DNA from: Eledone cirrhosa
Lineage: Eukaryota
DNA length: 64,000 bases
Assembly (NCBI GenBank): GCA_964016885.1
Contig: OZ024740.1
Span: 343,914,001 to 343,978,000 of the forward strand
Reading direction: 5' to 3'
The position numbers were made by a program, and so were the translations under genes. The notes beneath the pieces were generated by a model. The model had not been told where the DNA came from and searched no databases. It worked only from the letters and a program-made list of their open reading frames with translations. Below, piece after piece: positions 42,327 through 57,965 of the stretch. The first letter of the stretch is position 1; every line of letters starts with the position of its first letter.

Positions 42327-42788
42327 TATGTACAAGTAACAGCCGTACTAAGAGTGGGAAATGAAATTTCGTTTCATTTTTTCCGTTTAGATATATATAT
42401 ATATGTGTGTGTGTGTGCGTGTGTGTGTGTTTGTGTGTGTGTGTGTGTTATAAAGAGTCGGTGCCGTTTCAGTAGCTAATTCCGGAACCAAATGTTTAAA
42501 GCTAATCCGTCGAGTCCTGGCTCTTTATAGTATAGCCATACTCGACAATGCCCAGTATATAGTATTCTATTGCATAATGGTCTAACTAGTTTTAACCTAG
42601 TTATATCCTGATTTATATGTATATACGTGTGTGTGTGTATGTATGTATATATGTATGTATATATCTATATATCTCTCTCTCTATATATATATACATGTAT
42701 ACATATATATATTTATATATATTTATATGTGTGTGTATATATGTATGTATGTATATATATATATACATGTATAGATATATAGATATAC

Positions 42789-42820
<32 letters not shown>

Positions 42821-43058
42821 ATATATATATATGTGTATGTGTGTGTGTGTGTGTGTGTGTGACCACAGTGTATGTGCGTGTGCATGTTTACTTTTATTAT
42901 ATACATACTTGTCACGTATCTCTGCGCCATTTAATATGACTAAAATCGAAGCAAAAAATCCCAAATCATGGGGATGGAAAAAGAAAATCATAAAATACTC
43001 TTGCTGTTCTCACCATACATATAGTCATAAAATAAAGACAGATATACACACACTACCT

Positions 43059-43100
<42 letters not shown>

Positions 43101-43413
43101 GTGTGTGTGTGTGTGTATATGTGTGTAAGTGTGTGTATGAGTGAGTGTGTATGTGAGTGTGCGTGTGTATGCGTGTGTGTGTGTACGTGTGTGTCTATGT
43201 GTGTGTCTGTGTGTGTGTGTACGTGTGTGTGTCTATAGCCACAAAAACTCAAGAATAGAACCAACCACTAAAATGTAAATGAAGAAAGAATACAGAATAA
43301 CAAAAAAACAAAAAAAGCAAACAAACAAATATAGAAATATATAAAACCTAAAAAAAATTCGATAAAAAGGGAAAAAGAAACCACAGAATGAATTCTCTTA
43401 TGATGCCATGCTG

Positions 43414-43645
43414 TCATAGATACGATAAGAACGTAGGCTGTTGGTGAACACAAGTGGAGCAAGTCAGCTCTGCTGTGAGTTTTCTAATTTCCTCTAACGG
43501 CCATAGGGTATTGCGAGATGATGGTGTCAAACGGCGGACTTTGATGGTGTATAGCATGGTGGAATATTGTAGATGACGCTTTATTGGAATGGCGGAAACA
43601 ACAGCAGCACATTTACAAGCGCATATGCTCTTGTCTCCCTTATGT
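43414..43645 (-). CDS. Possible host terminal coding exon (unidentified)
   Basis: Pyrimidine tract + TAG acceptor, then one open frame HKGDKSICACKC...FLSYL*; no recognisable domain. Confidence 0.2.
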
Positions 43646-43933
43646 CTATAGGTGTGTACGTGAACGAAAGAGAGAGAAGGAAAAAGAAAAAGTGCTATAT
43701 ATCTGTGTTCACTCAGATATATATGTATAACACATAATGCATACACATTCAACATAAACACACACACACACACAAGCACACCCAGACTTACACACACACA
43801 TATATGTATATATGTACAATACGCAATACCAATTTTGCAGTTATTTACTTATCTATCTATCCCTCTATATACATAAATATATATGTATGTATGCATGTAT
43901 GTATGCATGCATGTATTTATGTACGTACATATG

Positions 43934-43972
<39 letters not shown>

Positions 43973-44174
43973 TAATACATATGTATGCATTTTCTCATTA
44001 GAACGTTTGCATGTGTAAAATCGACTGGACAGAATTCATCTCCCAGTATACATGCACTTATATATATGTATATAATATATATATATATATAAAAAAAATA
44101 TATATATATAAGTAGGTTGACGACATCACAATACCACGTGATGCCTCACGTATGCATGGTACTGCAGCATCGTG

Positions 44175-44256
<82 letters not shown>

Positions 44257-44322
44257 TATATATATGTATGTCCATGTGTATATAATTTCATAATATATCT
44301 ATATATATGTATATATAAATCT

Positions 44323-44408
<86 letters not shown>

Positions 44409-44630
44409 TGAGTCTGTGTGTGTGTGAGTTTACGCATATGAAAAGTCCTGTCGACTTTTCATATGCAAAGTTTCTAATGAGAACCTTCTTTCTAGAGACC
44501 ACTGCAGGTATCTGTAGGAACGGTAGATAATTACATGATCATCATTATCACCAATAACTATATCGTCCTACTGTTCGTCCCCATTCTCCTACTCACCCCT
44601 CCCACTTGTCCCCATCCTCTTATGCCTTCT

Positions 44631-44695
<65 letters not shown>

Positions 44696-45080
44696 CCATC
44701 ATTATCATCATCCTTACTTGTTTTCGTCGGTGTGTCCGTTATCGTCATCATCATCAACATCTCCCCCGTTTCTCCCTTATTTTCAACGCTTTCTTCTTTG
44801 TTGTCGGTGTTGCCGTTGTTGATGTTATCATCATCACCATCAATCTTCACCAACATATATGTAAATCGCAGAATACGCTATCGAGAGAAAGAGAGAGAAG
44901 AAAATAGTAAATAAGGAGAAACCGATATTTCATTTGACCATTTGTGGTATTGTTCTAGCACTTTATTTTCTGTATGAATACCATCATGCTAGGACCGATC
45001 ACTTCACTTACTGTTTTCGATTTAATCGTATTTCCCTCCTCAAAAAATGCAGTACTTGAGCCTAAATTAGACAACTTTAC

Positions 45081-45268
45081 AATAATTGTTTCTACTTTTG
45101 GCACAAGGCCAGCAATTATCCAGTGCATTACTGGTACTTTATTTTATCGACCCCGTAAGGATGAAAGGCAAAGTTAACCTCGGCGGGATTTGAACTCAAA
45201 CCATAAAGGGGCGTAACTCTTTGCTGCAAAGCATAGCGTCAGACCCTCTACCGATACTGCCAATCCAC
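45081..45268 (-). mobile_element. SINE
   Basis: Consensus; TSD ACAATAAT. Confidence 0.9.
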
Positions 45269-46128
45269 ACAATAATGTCTGGCTGTTGATTAGGAAACCG
45301 ACGCTCATGTTGACTTAGGAAATTCTAACAAAATAAGTCGTATTTTACCTGTATGAATTTTTTTTTCAGATTTTGTTGCCAAATAATTAATAAGCCTCGG
45401 CAAAATGTGAGACAGATGTAAATTTCAAACTCACGATGTCATCCGACAACCTGAGATAAAGATTGGATTACAAAGAAAAAAGAAACGTTCGGAAAATGGT
45501 CCTCAGAAACTAGAGGCTAAACATGTATGACAAATCAATGGCCTAGATCAGTGAATTTTTATTACTTCAGCTCACCTAATTTTTGATAGAGCAATGCAAA
45601 GCTGATGGATGAAATAACGAAAGAATAAAAAGTAAACATTATGATGTTGGGGTTCGGTTGGAATCATGCTAATCTTTTCTAAAACCTAATTTGGATGCCA
45701 ATAAATTTTAAACAAAAAATGCTACTAAAACGTTTCATTTATATAAGTATGTTAGTTGGCAGAAACAGTCCCATTCATTCCATTCTGAATTGACCACTTT
45801 TGTTCTTGATAAAATAAGTGCCAATCAAATACTGAGATCGATCTGGTCAATTCTAACCTTCCATAAATTCGTTGTTTTTTTGCTTAAGATAGAAATTATT
45901 TTTATACATACAGTTTATACACTGGGCACATTGCCCTGCTGTATGTATTTTTTCACTTCTCATCACGAGTTCAAATTTCATTTCGGTTTGTCGTTGTTTT
46001 TTCTAATTCTGAAGTCAATAAAATACTAGTTAAGTCCTTCGGTTAATTTAATCAACTGCACCAACTCTCCTGTGAAGCAAAAACATTGGTCCTGTGCTAA
46101 AGAGGCCAATAAGTTCCTATTTAGAAAT

Positions 46129-46495
46129 AATAATTGTTTCTACTATTGGCACAAGGCCAGCAATTATCCTAGTGCATTACTGGTACTTTATTTTATCCAC
46201 TCCGTAAGGATGAAAGGCAAAGTTAACCTCGGCGGGATTTAAACTCAGACCATAAAGGGGCGTAACTCCATGCTGGAAAGCATGGCGTCCGACCTTCTAC
46301 CGATACTGCCCATCCACCGCCCTATTTAGAAATAATGATTTCTACTATAGGCACAATGCCAGCAATTACCCGGTGTATTACTGGTACTTTATTTTATCGA
46401 CCCCGTAAGGATGAAAGGCAAAGTTAACCTCGGCGGGATTTGAACTCAGATCATAAAGGGAGGCAACTGTAAGCTTCAAAGCATGGCGTCCGATC
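46129..46495 (-). mobile_element. Two tandem SINEs at one target
   Basis: 46129-46320 and 46332-46495; (CCTATT)TAGAAATAAT occurs three times. Confidence 0.88.
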
Positions 46496-47679
46496 CATAG
46501 AAATAATAATACTCCAATATATACCAGAATATATTTAAAAATGTAAAAAAGTCCCTTCGCAGTTGTAGTAACGACGCAAGTTTATGAAAAGAATACAAAA
46601 TGAAGAGGACAAACTTGACCACAGCACAAAAAGAAAACGATGTTATTTCTAAATCGTGCACTTCTCTTCCCACTCGATTTATTATTGTCAATTACATTGT
46701 GCTTATTTTTAGCCGATCGCCGCCAAACAAAATACCACTAGATCCAGTCATTCTACCCCAGAATATCTGAAATCTGGAATCTTGTCCTTGGCGATGGTGA
46801 AGGTGGATCCCTCATCAACTTTACAAATTTCCCTTGAAGAGGAAAATCAGGATGGAGAAGAAAGTATTGCGTTGGAAGATGGATGTAAGAGATGAAAATG
46901 CTCCGAGTGAACGGGTTTGCCTTGTAAATTGGGGCTTAAGACTGAGTGACGGCACATGCCCTAGCGATCAGAGCAGCCATGGTTTTATGTTTTGTTTCCA
47001 CGACTAACCCTCTCATCCCTATTGAGGAATACTCATTGTTAACATTTTTATTGTTACATCTCTTTTTATGATTGTTAAACCTGTTTACACGCAAATTCCA
47101 CTCATACATACACGTACTCTCAATATTTTGTCTTGTGCCGTCATTAATGTTTTCTTAATATAAAACCTTATTATTATTATTGTTTGTGTTTTTCTTCTTC
47201 CTTCAGTTTTGTTTCCATTTCTTATCGAGTGTCTTACAAAACATAGGACAGAGAAACTCTCTGCATACATTTATAGGCCGCAAATGTAACACACCAGATT
47301 GTTCACGTCGCATATTTTACACAATTACAATTATATCATTTACACATGTACGCATTATCTGTTTTAACCATATCCGGCCAGAATTCTCTCACTTCTTTCT
47401 CTTCAAACCGGATGTAACTGGCCATTCATACTGATGTTAAGGTATTGTTCTCAAAATATATAACATAAAAATCTGGTAGATTCGATATTATGTGAAATAA
47501 TTGTGTGGCAAAGCCTTTACCACAAAATTACAATCGTAAATATAGAGCAATGTAAATGCTAAAGGGTTAAATCATATTTATAACAGAATTTTAGTCAATC
47601 AAATACGTGTGTTCAATTATTTACAACTTACATAATTATGGAACATATTCTGAGTTAATGAAAAAATAATGCATATATG

Positions 47680-48540
47680 GTTATCGTTCTCACAGCGAGT
47701 GTACTCCTAGTACTAAAAACAATTCTTTGCTCTTCTTGCGGAGAAGGTAAGCGAGGGATTATTCAAAAAACATTTCTGTTCCTTTTTTGATCATTCCTAG
47801 TGTTCCTACAATCACTGGTGTTGTAAACATTTTTAGATGCCACATTTTCTTCCATTTAAATCGGCATGTCTTTATATTTTCGGAGCTTGTCAAATTCTTT
47901 TTCCATAATATTGTGGTCACATCAGATGCCCACATCAATCAATAAACATACTTTATTATTTTAGACGTTTACAATAATATCCGGTATATTAACCCTGATG
48001 GTTGTGTCTGTATGTACAGGAAAGTATAAAAGAATCATAACGTTTTCTCCCCTAGTTACAACCTCAGGGTAATGCTTATACCACTTGTCAGCAGTTTTGA
48101 TTTTATAAGTCGACATATTAACCAGTGTAGATATTGGCCAACTCTCTCATGCGTGGATTTATACTCTACTGGTGCTAAAACGTTACATCTAGATATTAAG
48201 TGGTCCACTGTTTCAATCGCATCATTGCAGAATCGGCACTTTGTATTTATCATAACATTGCAGAATCGGCACACTGTACCCACTCCATTTATCATCACAT
48301 TGGCTTGATAGTGCCGAGTTAATATTCAACACTTTGAAGCTATCACTGACAACTGGAACTACTAAAGAATTTATAGCTAACATCTTGTTATGTACATTTA
48401 ACTCAGATTTCAGAACTGATCGTATTCTCTTATAACATTCCTTCTTTATCTTCCCGTCCGTTCTTGCATGATGTATGTCGGATCCTTCATCTATAGGTTT
48501 CTTCCTGCTCAAGTGTTTTTTTATAACTCTTTTAACATCA
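47680..48540 (-). pseudogene. R4/Dong-like non-LTR retrotransposon 3' fragment (CCHC + restriction-like endonuclease)
   Basis: KRIRSVLKSELN..NKMLAIN; CRFC..ETVDHLISRC; PDII..CLLIDV..KYKD..PVIVGTLG. Confidence 0.8.
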
Positions 48541-48750
48541 CTTCGACTGAATTTGAGATTATGTTGTTATATTACAATCATCATTGCTGGTTGATCCAAG
48601 CAATCGTCCAACAATAGTGTACTAAGATGGAAGCACACGACTTGATGGATGCCATAAGAAATTGCGTATATGGTATCACATGGAGGATCAATAGTTAGAA
48701 AAGGGTGCAAGACGGTATGACATATTCAACATCAGTTTATTTCATTATAT

Positions 48751-48826
48751 TATGCCGTTATGTACATTTCAAATGCATCAACATGTCGGATATTGAAATG
48801 TAAACACCTCTTCAACACCAGGCATA
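48751..48826 (-). ncRNA. Degenerate hammerhead-like motif
   Basis: Minus strand: TATGCC..TTGAAGA-GGTGT..GCATTT-GAAA-TGTACA-TA-ACGGCATA. Confidence 0.35.
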
Positions 48827-48955
48827 TCAAAAACCAATTTCCGTTTTTATTTATATTTGAAATCCTGTCTGACACCACATTAATTGACCGTTGGATAAAT
48901 AAATGTTGGTGCCTTTGAAATATACATGGCTGGATGATGTAAGGAAATAAACTTT

Positions 48956-49700
<745 letters not shown>

Positions 49701-50001
49701 TACATGCACAGATAAATACATGCGTGCAACCAAGAAATGATGTGATATGTTTGTGAAGGTATGAGTGTATTTGCATACTTGCATGTTTATGTGTGTGTAT
49801 GCGTGTGTTTGTACATTTACACCAGCTTTGTTGGCTTATTTCCATCCAAACTTTAGCTAAAAGAAGAAATAAATAAATAAATAATATGAGGAACAAAACT
49901 GTAAGGATAAATTCTTGGCACCAACCAATACCATTTTCATTTGCAAAACAAGGATTTTGGTATGGCCAGCACGTAAAAAAACAACAACACACACGAATGC
50001 A

Positions 50002-50078
<77 letters not shown>

Positions 50079-50123
50079 TATTTCTCTCTTTCTTTCTTTC
50101 TTTCCTTTTTTCCTTCTCTCGCA

Positions 50124-50204
<81 letters not shown>

Positions 50205-50232
50205 TTACACACACACACACACATATACATAT

Positions 50233-50330
<98 letters not shown>

Positions 50331-51384
50331 CAAAATTTCAAAAAGAGAAAAGTAAAAGAAATGCATAAAAAGGCTGGATAAGCAAGAGAATAAAACGATA
50401 TATAAAAGAGAGGAAAAGAAAGAAAAGAAAAGGAAGGAGTGAATATGAGAGTGGTGATAGAAATGGTAAAGAAAAGAATAGATGATAATAAAGAAACGAT
50501 AAGAGGGGATTTAGTTGGTGATTATCCGGTTTCTGGCAATGTCGTTGGTCGTGAAAGGCTTTGACATGGATTAAACCAGATGAAGACAATTCTGATGATT
50601 CTTCCGTTTGCCATTTGTCTTTGATACGTTCTGTTTGAAGTTGTTGTTATAGTTGTCGTTTTGGTGTTGTGGTTAATGTTGCTGTTGTTGTTGTTGTTGT
50701 TGTTGGGTCTATTGTTGCTGTCAATGTTGTCTTTGTTTATAGATTGGCTCGTTGCTTGTTGTTGTCCTTGTGTGTTATAGTTGTTGTTGTCACTGCTATT
50801 GTTGTTGGAGATTTTGCCTTTGTTTGTAGATTGGTTGGGATTTTGTTGTTGTCATTGCTGATACTTGTGATGATGATGATGATGATGTTTCTGTTCTTGC
50901 TTTTCTTATCAAATGTTGTTTTCATCGTTGATATTTTTACTCATGTCATTGTCGATGCTGTAGTCGTAGACTCTGTCATGCTGGTTGCCATTGCTGTTGT
51001 TTTTACTGCTGTTGCTGCTGCTGTTCTTATTATGGAAATACATGTGTGTGTGTGTGTGTGCATGTTTGTGTCGTTGTCTGCACATCTGTGCATATGATAT
51101 GCTTGCATATACGTTTACGTATGAGAGCCTTTGTGTATGTGTGTGTGTGGAATTCTTGTGTGCACATCTGTGCATATGATATGCTTGTATATATGTTTAC
51201 GTGTGAGAGCCTTTGTGTATGTGTGTGTGGAATTCTACGTGTGGGTATGTCTAAATGTGTATAGTGTTCTTAACGTGGTTTTCTATACATCGCTTGATAA
51301 GGATGGAAGCGATGAAGATATAGATGGTGAAATGGCTGATGATGATGGTGTGCTGGCGATGATGATGATGATGATGATGATGAC

Positions 51385-51443
<59 letters not shown>

Positions 51444-51700
51444 CGAGAACAAGCTGAGAAGGACGAGGAAAAGATGTATCACGATATGCGTGATGTGTTA
51501 GTGATGTTGTTTAACTCCACATCAGCCCTGGTCGAGCAGAACTATACTCAAAGGTATTTTAACGTTGGCCATCCCGCCATTAAGTATATATAGACTATAT
51601 TATCCGAAATGTATATCCTGTTGTGAGGTGGGTGGGATTTGTAGGATGTAATGTTGTTGTTATTGGTAATGATGGTGGTTGTGGTGTTGACGTTATTGAT

Positions 51701-53107
51701 GGTAGTGGTGGTGTTGGTAGTGGTGGTGTTGGTAGTGGTGGTGTTGGTAGTGGTGGTGTTGGTAGTGGTGGTGTTGGTAGTGGTGGTGTTGGTAGTGGTG
51801 GTGTTGGTAGTGGTGGTGTTGGTAGTGGTGGTGTTGGTAGTGGTGGTGTTGGTAGTGGTGGTGTTGGTAGTGGTGGTGTTGGTAGTGGTGGTGTTAGTAG
51901 TGGTGGTGTTGGTAGTGGTGGTGTTAGTAGTGGTGTTAGTAGTGGTGGTGTTGGTAGTGGTGGTGTTGGTAGTGGTGGTGTTGGTAGTGGTGGTGTTGGT
52001 AGTGGTGGTGTTGGTAGTGGTGGTGTTGGTAGTGGTGGTGTTAGTAGTGGTGGTGTTGGTAGTGGTGGTGTTGGTAGTGGTGGTGTTAGTAGTGGTGGTG
52101 TTGGTAGTGGTGGTGTTAGTAGTTGAGATGTTGGTAGTGGTGGTGTTGGTAGTGGTGGTGTTGGTAGTGGTGGTGTTGGTAGTGGTGGTGTTGGTAGTGG
52201 TGGTGTTGGTAGTGGTGGTGTTGGTAGTGGTGGTGTTGGTAGTGGTGGTGTTGGTAGTGGTGGTGTTGGTAGTGGTGGTGTTGGTAGTGGTGGTGTTGGT
52301 AGTGGTGGTGTTGGTAGTGGTGGTGTTGGTAGTGGTGGTGTTGGTAGTGGTGCTGTTAGTAGTGGTGCTGTTGGTAGTGGTGGTGTTAGTAGTGGTGGTG
52401 TTGGTAGTGGTGGTGTTGGTAGTGGTGGTGTTGGTAGTGGTGGTGTTGGTAGTGGTGGTGTTGGTAGTGGTGGTGTTGGTAGTGGTGGTGTTGGTAGTGG
52501 TGGTGTTGGTAGTGGTGGTGTTGGTAGTGGTGGTGTTGGTAGTGGTGGTGTTGGTAGTGGTGGTGTTAGTAGTGGTGCTGTTGGTAGTGGTGGTGTTAGT
52601 AGTGGTGGTGTTGGTAGTGGTGGTGTTGGTAGTGGTGGTGTTAGTAGTGGTGGTGTTGGTAGTGGTGGTGTTGGTAGTGGTGGTGTTGGTAGTGGTGATG
52701 TTGGTAGTGGTGTTGTTGGTAGTGGTGGTGTTAGTAGTGGAGGTGTTGGTAGTGGTGTTGTTGGTAGTAGTGGTGTTGGTAGTGGTGGTGTTGGTAGTGG
52801 TGGTGTTGGTAATGGTGGTGTTGGTAGTGGTGGTGTTAGTAGTGGTGGTGTTGGTAGTGGTGGTGTTGGTAGTGGTGGTGTTGGTAGTTGTGGTGTTGGT
52901 AGTGGAGGTGTTGGTAGTGGTGGTGTTGGTAGTGGTGGTGTTGGTAGTGGTGGTGTTGGTAGTGGTGGTGTTAGTAGTGGAGGTGTTGGTAGTGGTGTTG
53001 TTGGTAGTAGTGGTGTTGGTAATGGTGGTGTTAGTAGTGGTGGTGTTGGTAGTGGTGGTGTTAGTAGTGGTGGTGTTGGTAATGGTGGTGTTAGTAGTGG
53101 TGGTGTT
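51701..53107. repeat. 15-bp minisatellite (GGTAGTGGTGGTGTT)n
   Basis: About 90 units. Confidence 0.95.
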
Positions 53108-53351
53108 GTTACTAGGGGTACTGATAATGGTGGTTTCGTAGCTGTGGTGTTAGTAAACATGGTATTGATAGAGGTGGTGTTGGGGATGGTGGTGTAGTAG
53201 TGCCGTTATTATGGATAGTAGTTGTTGGTTGTGGAGATGATATTAATGGTTTTCATGGTATTCTTAGTGTTGTCGCTATTGATGATGGTGTTGGTAGTGG
53301 TGGCATAGGTTGTGTTGCTCTTGTAATTTCTTGTAGTGGTGGTGCTGATAG

Positions 53352-53546
53352 CAGACCTGTCAACTCTCCCCGTCTGACGGGGAGATCTTCCACCCCTTAC
53401 GGGGTGGCTGAGAGATGTCTTCTCTTGTGAAAATGGATATAGCTTTCATTATGTAAGCCTCCACATTTTGCCTCATTTCTTCTCGTTTTGGGGCTTTTTT
53501 TTTTCCTGGTACTCCTCCTTTGAGTTTTTAGACGTTGACAGGTCTG
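53352..53546. mobile_element. Candidate MITE
   Basis: 13-bp TIR CAGACCTGTCAAC/GTTGACAGGTCTG; flanks TGATAG/AGATAG; two internal GC-rich hairpins. Confidence 0.65.
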
Positions 53547-55299
53547 AGATAGGGACGTTGTTATTGGCAGAGTTGGTGTTGGCGTGTTTATTTTGGTGAT
53601 GTTGATGTTGTTAGTGTTGGCGTTGTTGCGTCGTCATTTTGATTGGTGCTAGAGTCGATACAGATTATAATCTTGATTGGTTAAGGAAGATGAGGTAGGC
53701 GAGAGCAATTTTGACCCTGATAATGAGGATAAGAGGGATTATGATGACGACCACCGACCACGCTTTTTATATTGCTTTTTGGTCCCCATTTATAGTACTC
53801 ACGTTTATATTATGAGAAATGTTAGGATTGTTGTTTGGAAAGTTGTCGATTATTGAATATAATCTAATCTAATCTGGCTGTGTTTACACCCACCAAATAC
53901 GAAGAACCAGGGCCGCCCCTAGGATCATTCGATTTGGTGTACTTCACATTTGTTTCGGTTGCTGAATACAGTCAGGGGTCGCTGCTTCTCCTGAAGGTCA
54001 ATAGATCTCTTCTAACTCGAGCAGGAGCGCCTTTCCATTGATTGTCAATTTGCATTGATTATCTGCAAAGCCGCATTACTCTCAGAACCACTACACCAGT
54101 CTTTCGATGCGTGCAGCTCGAACTATTGCCACCCATTGATTTGGCAGGATTTTAGTTGGCCGTTGAGTTCTTATAAGTTCTTCCGCCCTTTGTCAGGTTT
54201 TGATTTTTGTCCTGCAGGGTGTCCAGAGTCACTCTCCTCACCAAGTAAACTTGGTGGAGTTGCCGGTTTAGTCACTGACGATCAGACCATGCATATAACA
54301 TTAATTTATTTGAACGTAAGTGTCACTGAACGGTAAAACAATTTACTTCGTGTTTGATTTTACTACGTAGCTTCTTGTGTCTTCTATATATAAATTTGAA
54401 CAACTTCCGTCCGTCCGGTACACAATGTGTGTGTGTGTTTGTAAAAGGATGGAAGGGGATGGTGAAAAACTATAACAACACATCGGCTGGCGTTACATTT
54501 GCTACGCTGTGTGTGAGTGTAAGGGTGTGTGTAAGTTTGTGTAAATGTATGTGTGTGTGTCTTTTTGTGAATGTATGTCTCTGAGTGTGTATTTTTGTAA
54601 GTGTGTCTGTGTTTGCACGTTTATATTTATATACTCATACATAAAAATATATGCATATGCACATACACATACATACTCACACACATACGCGTCAGCGTGT
54701 TGAAACAAATCCTAGTTTATCATAATCTTAGGTTGACCGAAGCTTTCTGAGTAAAACTAGATAGAGAGAAACTGTTTGAAAATCCGTCGGATAGAATGTA
54801 TCAATAATTCCCAAGTTGTGTTTTATTATACAATTTGTCACACTGAATCTTCCCGTGAACTATGTTAATGGCTCATGTGTTATTGGTATGCTCAACCACT
54901 TACACATTAAGTTCTCGAGAAGGTGAACACATTTATCGAACAACGGAGATTAATCGTCGAAGCCGACGGAAGCCCATTTGTATTTTATTACCATGTTTTT
55001 ACAAATATTCATTAATACATATATATATGAAGAAAGAATTATTTTACTGATTCATATTCATTCAAATAACGTTTCATTCATAGTTTGTTTTTTACTTTCA
55101 TTAAACGAGTATTTCATTTTTTCTTTCGTTCGTGTATTAATTGATATATTCATTAACTCTTGTATTTATTCTTTCTTTCATTCATTTATTCAATCTTGTA
55201 TCCTTTCTTCGTTTCCAATCATCAATGTATTTATTCCTTCATAAATTCGTTCATTCAAATAATTTACATTATTCTTTAAAGCCAAACCGATGGAAATAT

Positions 55300-55632
55300 C
55301 GGAATCTTTAATGCTTCGGAAAAATAATTTGTAGCATTTAGTAACATCTCTTTATGGTCTGGTTTCAAATCCCGGCGAGGTCAGCTTTCACTTTCTTCCC
55401 TTCAGTGGTCGAGAAAATGTAGCACCAGTAAAGCATTGACGTCGATTTAAACGAATTTCCCTTCTAAAATTACTGGCATTGTGCCATTAAAGTATTACGG
55501 CCCTTTATGGTCTGAGTTCAAATCCCACCGAGGCTAACTTTGACTTTCATCCTTACGGGGTCGATAAAATAAAGTACCAGTAAAGTAGTGAGATAATTGC
55601 CGCTCCTGTGCCAAAAGTAGAAACAATTATTA
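55300..55632 (+). mobile_element. Old SINE followed by a younger truncated SINE
   Basis: Two B-box+core units (about 55300-55490 and 55495-55632). Confidence 0.8.
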
Positions 55633-55852
55633 GAAACATTCGTTTAAACTTGTATTTTGTCATAGAATTCCCTCCTAGATTAATTAATTAATTAATTAAA
55701 TCATACAATAATTCTTGCATTCATTGATATATTTGAATCAAGATTCATTCATGCTTTCATACATTTTCTCCTTCCCCTATTTTATTCATGTCTTCATTCA
55801 TTTACCGATTAGATATCATCGATTTTATTTAATCTTTCATATATTTTCTTTT

Positions 55853-56805
55853 GCATTCACTCACTCACTTACTCACTCACTCACTCACTCACTCACTTAC
55901 TCACTCACTCACTCACTTACTCACTCACTCACTCATTCATTCATTCACTCATTCACTCACTTACTCACTCACTCACTCATTCATTCACTCACTCACTCAC
56001 TCACTTACTCACTCACTCACTCATTCATTCACTCACTCACCCACTCACTCACTCACTCACTCACTCATTCATTCACTCACTTACTCGCTAACTCACACAC
56101 TCACTCACTAACTCATTCATTCACTCACTCACTCACTCACTAACTCATTCATTCACTCACTCACTCACTCACTCACTCACTCACTCACTCACTCACTCAC
56201 TCACTCACTCATTCATTCACTCACTTACTCGCTAACCAACACACTCACTCACTCACTCACTCACTCACTCATTCATTCACTCACTCAGTCACTCACTCAC
56301 TCACTCACTCACTCACTCACTCATTCATTCACTCACTCACTCACTCACTCATTCACTCACTCACTCAATCACTCACTCATTCACTCACTTACTCACTCAT
56401 CGACTCACTCACTTACTCATTCACTCACTCACTCACTCACTCACTTACTCATTCACTCACTCACTCATTCATTCACTCACTTACTCGCTAACTCACTCAC
56501 TCACTCACTCACTCACTCACTCACTCACTCACTCACTCACTCACTCATTCACTAACTCACTCACTCACTCACTCACTCATTCGCTCACTCACTCACTCAC
56601 TCACTCATTCACCCACTCACTCACTCACTCACTCACTCACTCACTCACTCACTCACTCACTCACTCACTCACTCTTTCACTCACTCACTCATTCACTCAC
56701 TCATTCACACTCATCCACTCACCCATTCACTCACTCACTCACTCACTCACTCACTCATTCACTCACTCATTCACTCACTCATTCTCTCATTCATTCATTC
56801 ATTCA
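55853..56805. repeat. (CACT)n/(CATT)n tetranucleotide array
   Basis: Direct inspection. Confidence 0.95.
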
Positions 56806-57965
56806 TTATTTTAGTCATTGTATGTTTCAATAGTGATTTCATAAACCCTTATATTCTATTTCCCTGAACTTCGTCAGTCATTCATTCTCACATTCGTTTA
56901 TTCAAGCATTTATCCATTCGTTTATTCATTCAATCATTTGTTGGTCACTTATTATTTCCTTCTTTCAGGTATTTATTATTCATTCAGTCTCTTCTTCAAG
57001 TTCTTATATCCATCCATCCATCTATCTATCTATCTATCTTTCCATCATTCGATAAATCCATGCATACAGCCGTCTAACCTTTCATCCACCCCATCCCTCC
57101 CCAACCCTCCATCTACCTCCCAATCCATCCAGCCTTCTATCTCACTCTTCGTTTCCTTTATTTTCTGTTTTCTTCATTCATTCATTTATTAATTATTTTA
57201 TTCATTCCTTCATCGATATTTACATGCTTAGGCTCGTTCGATCTCCGGTGGGAAGGAGTTTCCTTCTCGATCATTGTTCCCTCACCACATTCCGAGTCAA
57301 TCTCTCTCTTCCACCATCTCCCTATATTCTCCTCCTTCTAACCCCCCCCCATCCCAGCCATCTTTCCCCTATCCCCTCCCCCATCCCAGCCATCTACCCC
57401 CCTCTCCCCCTCTCCGCCTTTCTCCCTTTTCCAATTACTATTTCTTCACCTATCTCTCTTTTCCTCTAATCTACCTACATCTCTGATTTTCTTTACTTTT
57501 TCCTGTTTATTGCTTCTTTTTCCCTCGTCCCCCCAAACCTTACACACACACAGAGACACACAACCACATACTGACATACACAAATACACAGACACACACA
57601 TCGACTCACATACACACAGACACACAAACACATACTTACATACATAAATACACAGACTCACACACCGACACATACATACACAGATACACGACTACATATT
57701 GACGCACACACACACACACACATACTCACATACACAAACACACACACACACACACACAACCACATACTGACATACACAAATACACGCACACACACAGCCA
57801 CACACTGATATACAAAAATACACACACACACACACACACTTTATTCTACCGCATCAGTAGGATTTTTTTCGCCCCTACTTCAACACATTAGGACACTCAC
57901 CTCACACGCATCCTCCTTTTTTTCGCTGCTCTTGCTTCTTATTCTCTATATATCTATCTATATAA

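Noticed and set aside
51080-51236. 82-bp local duplication
   Set aside because: Ordinary slippage within (GT)n-rich sequence
51595-53160. 521-aa PPLPT extensin-like ORF
   Set aside because: 15-bp minisatellite open in several frames; no unique domain or splice support
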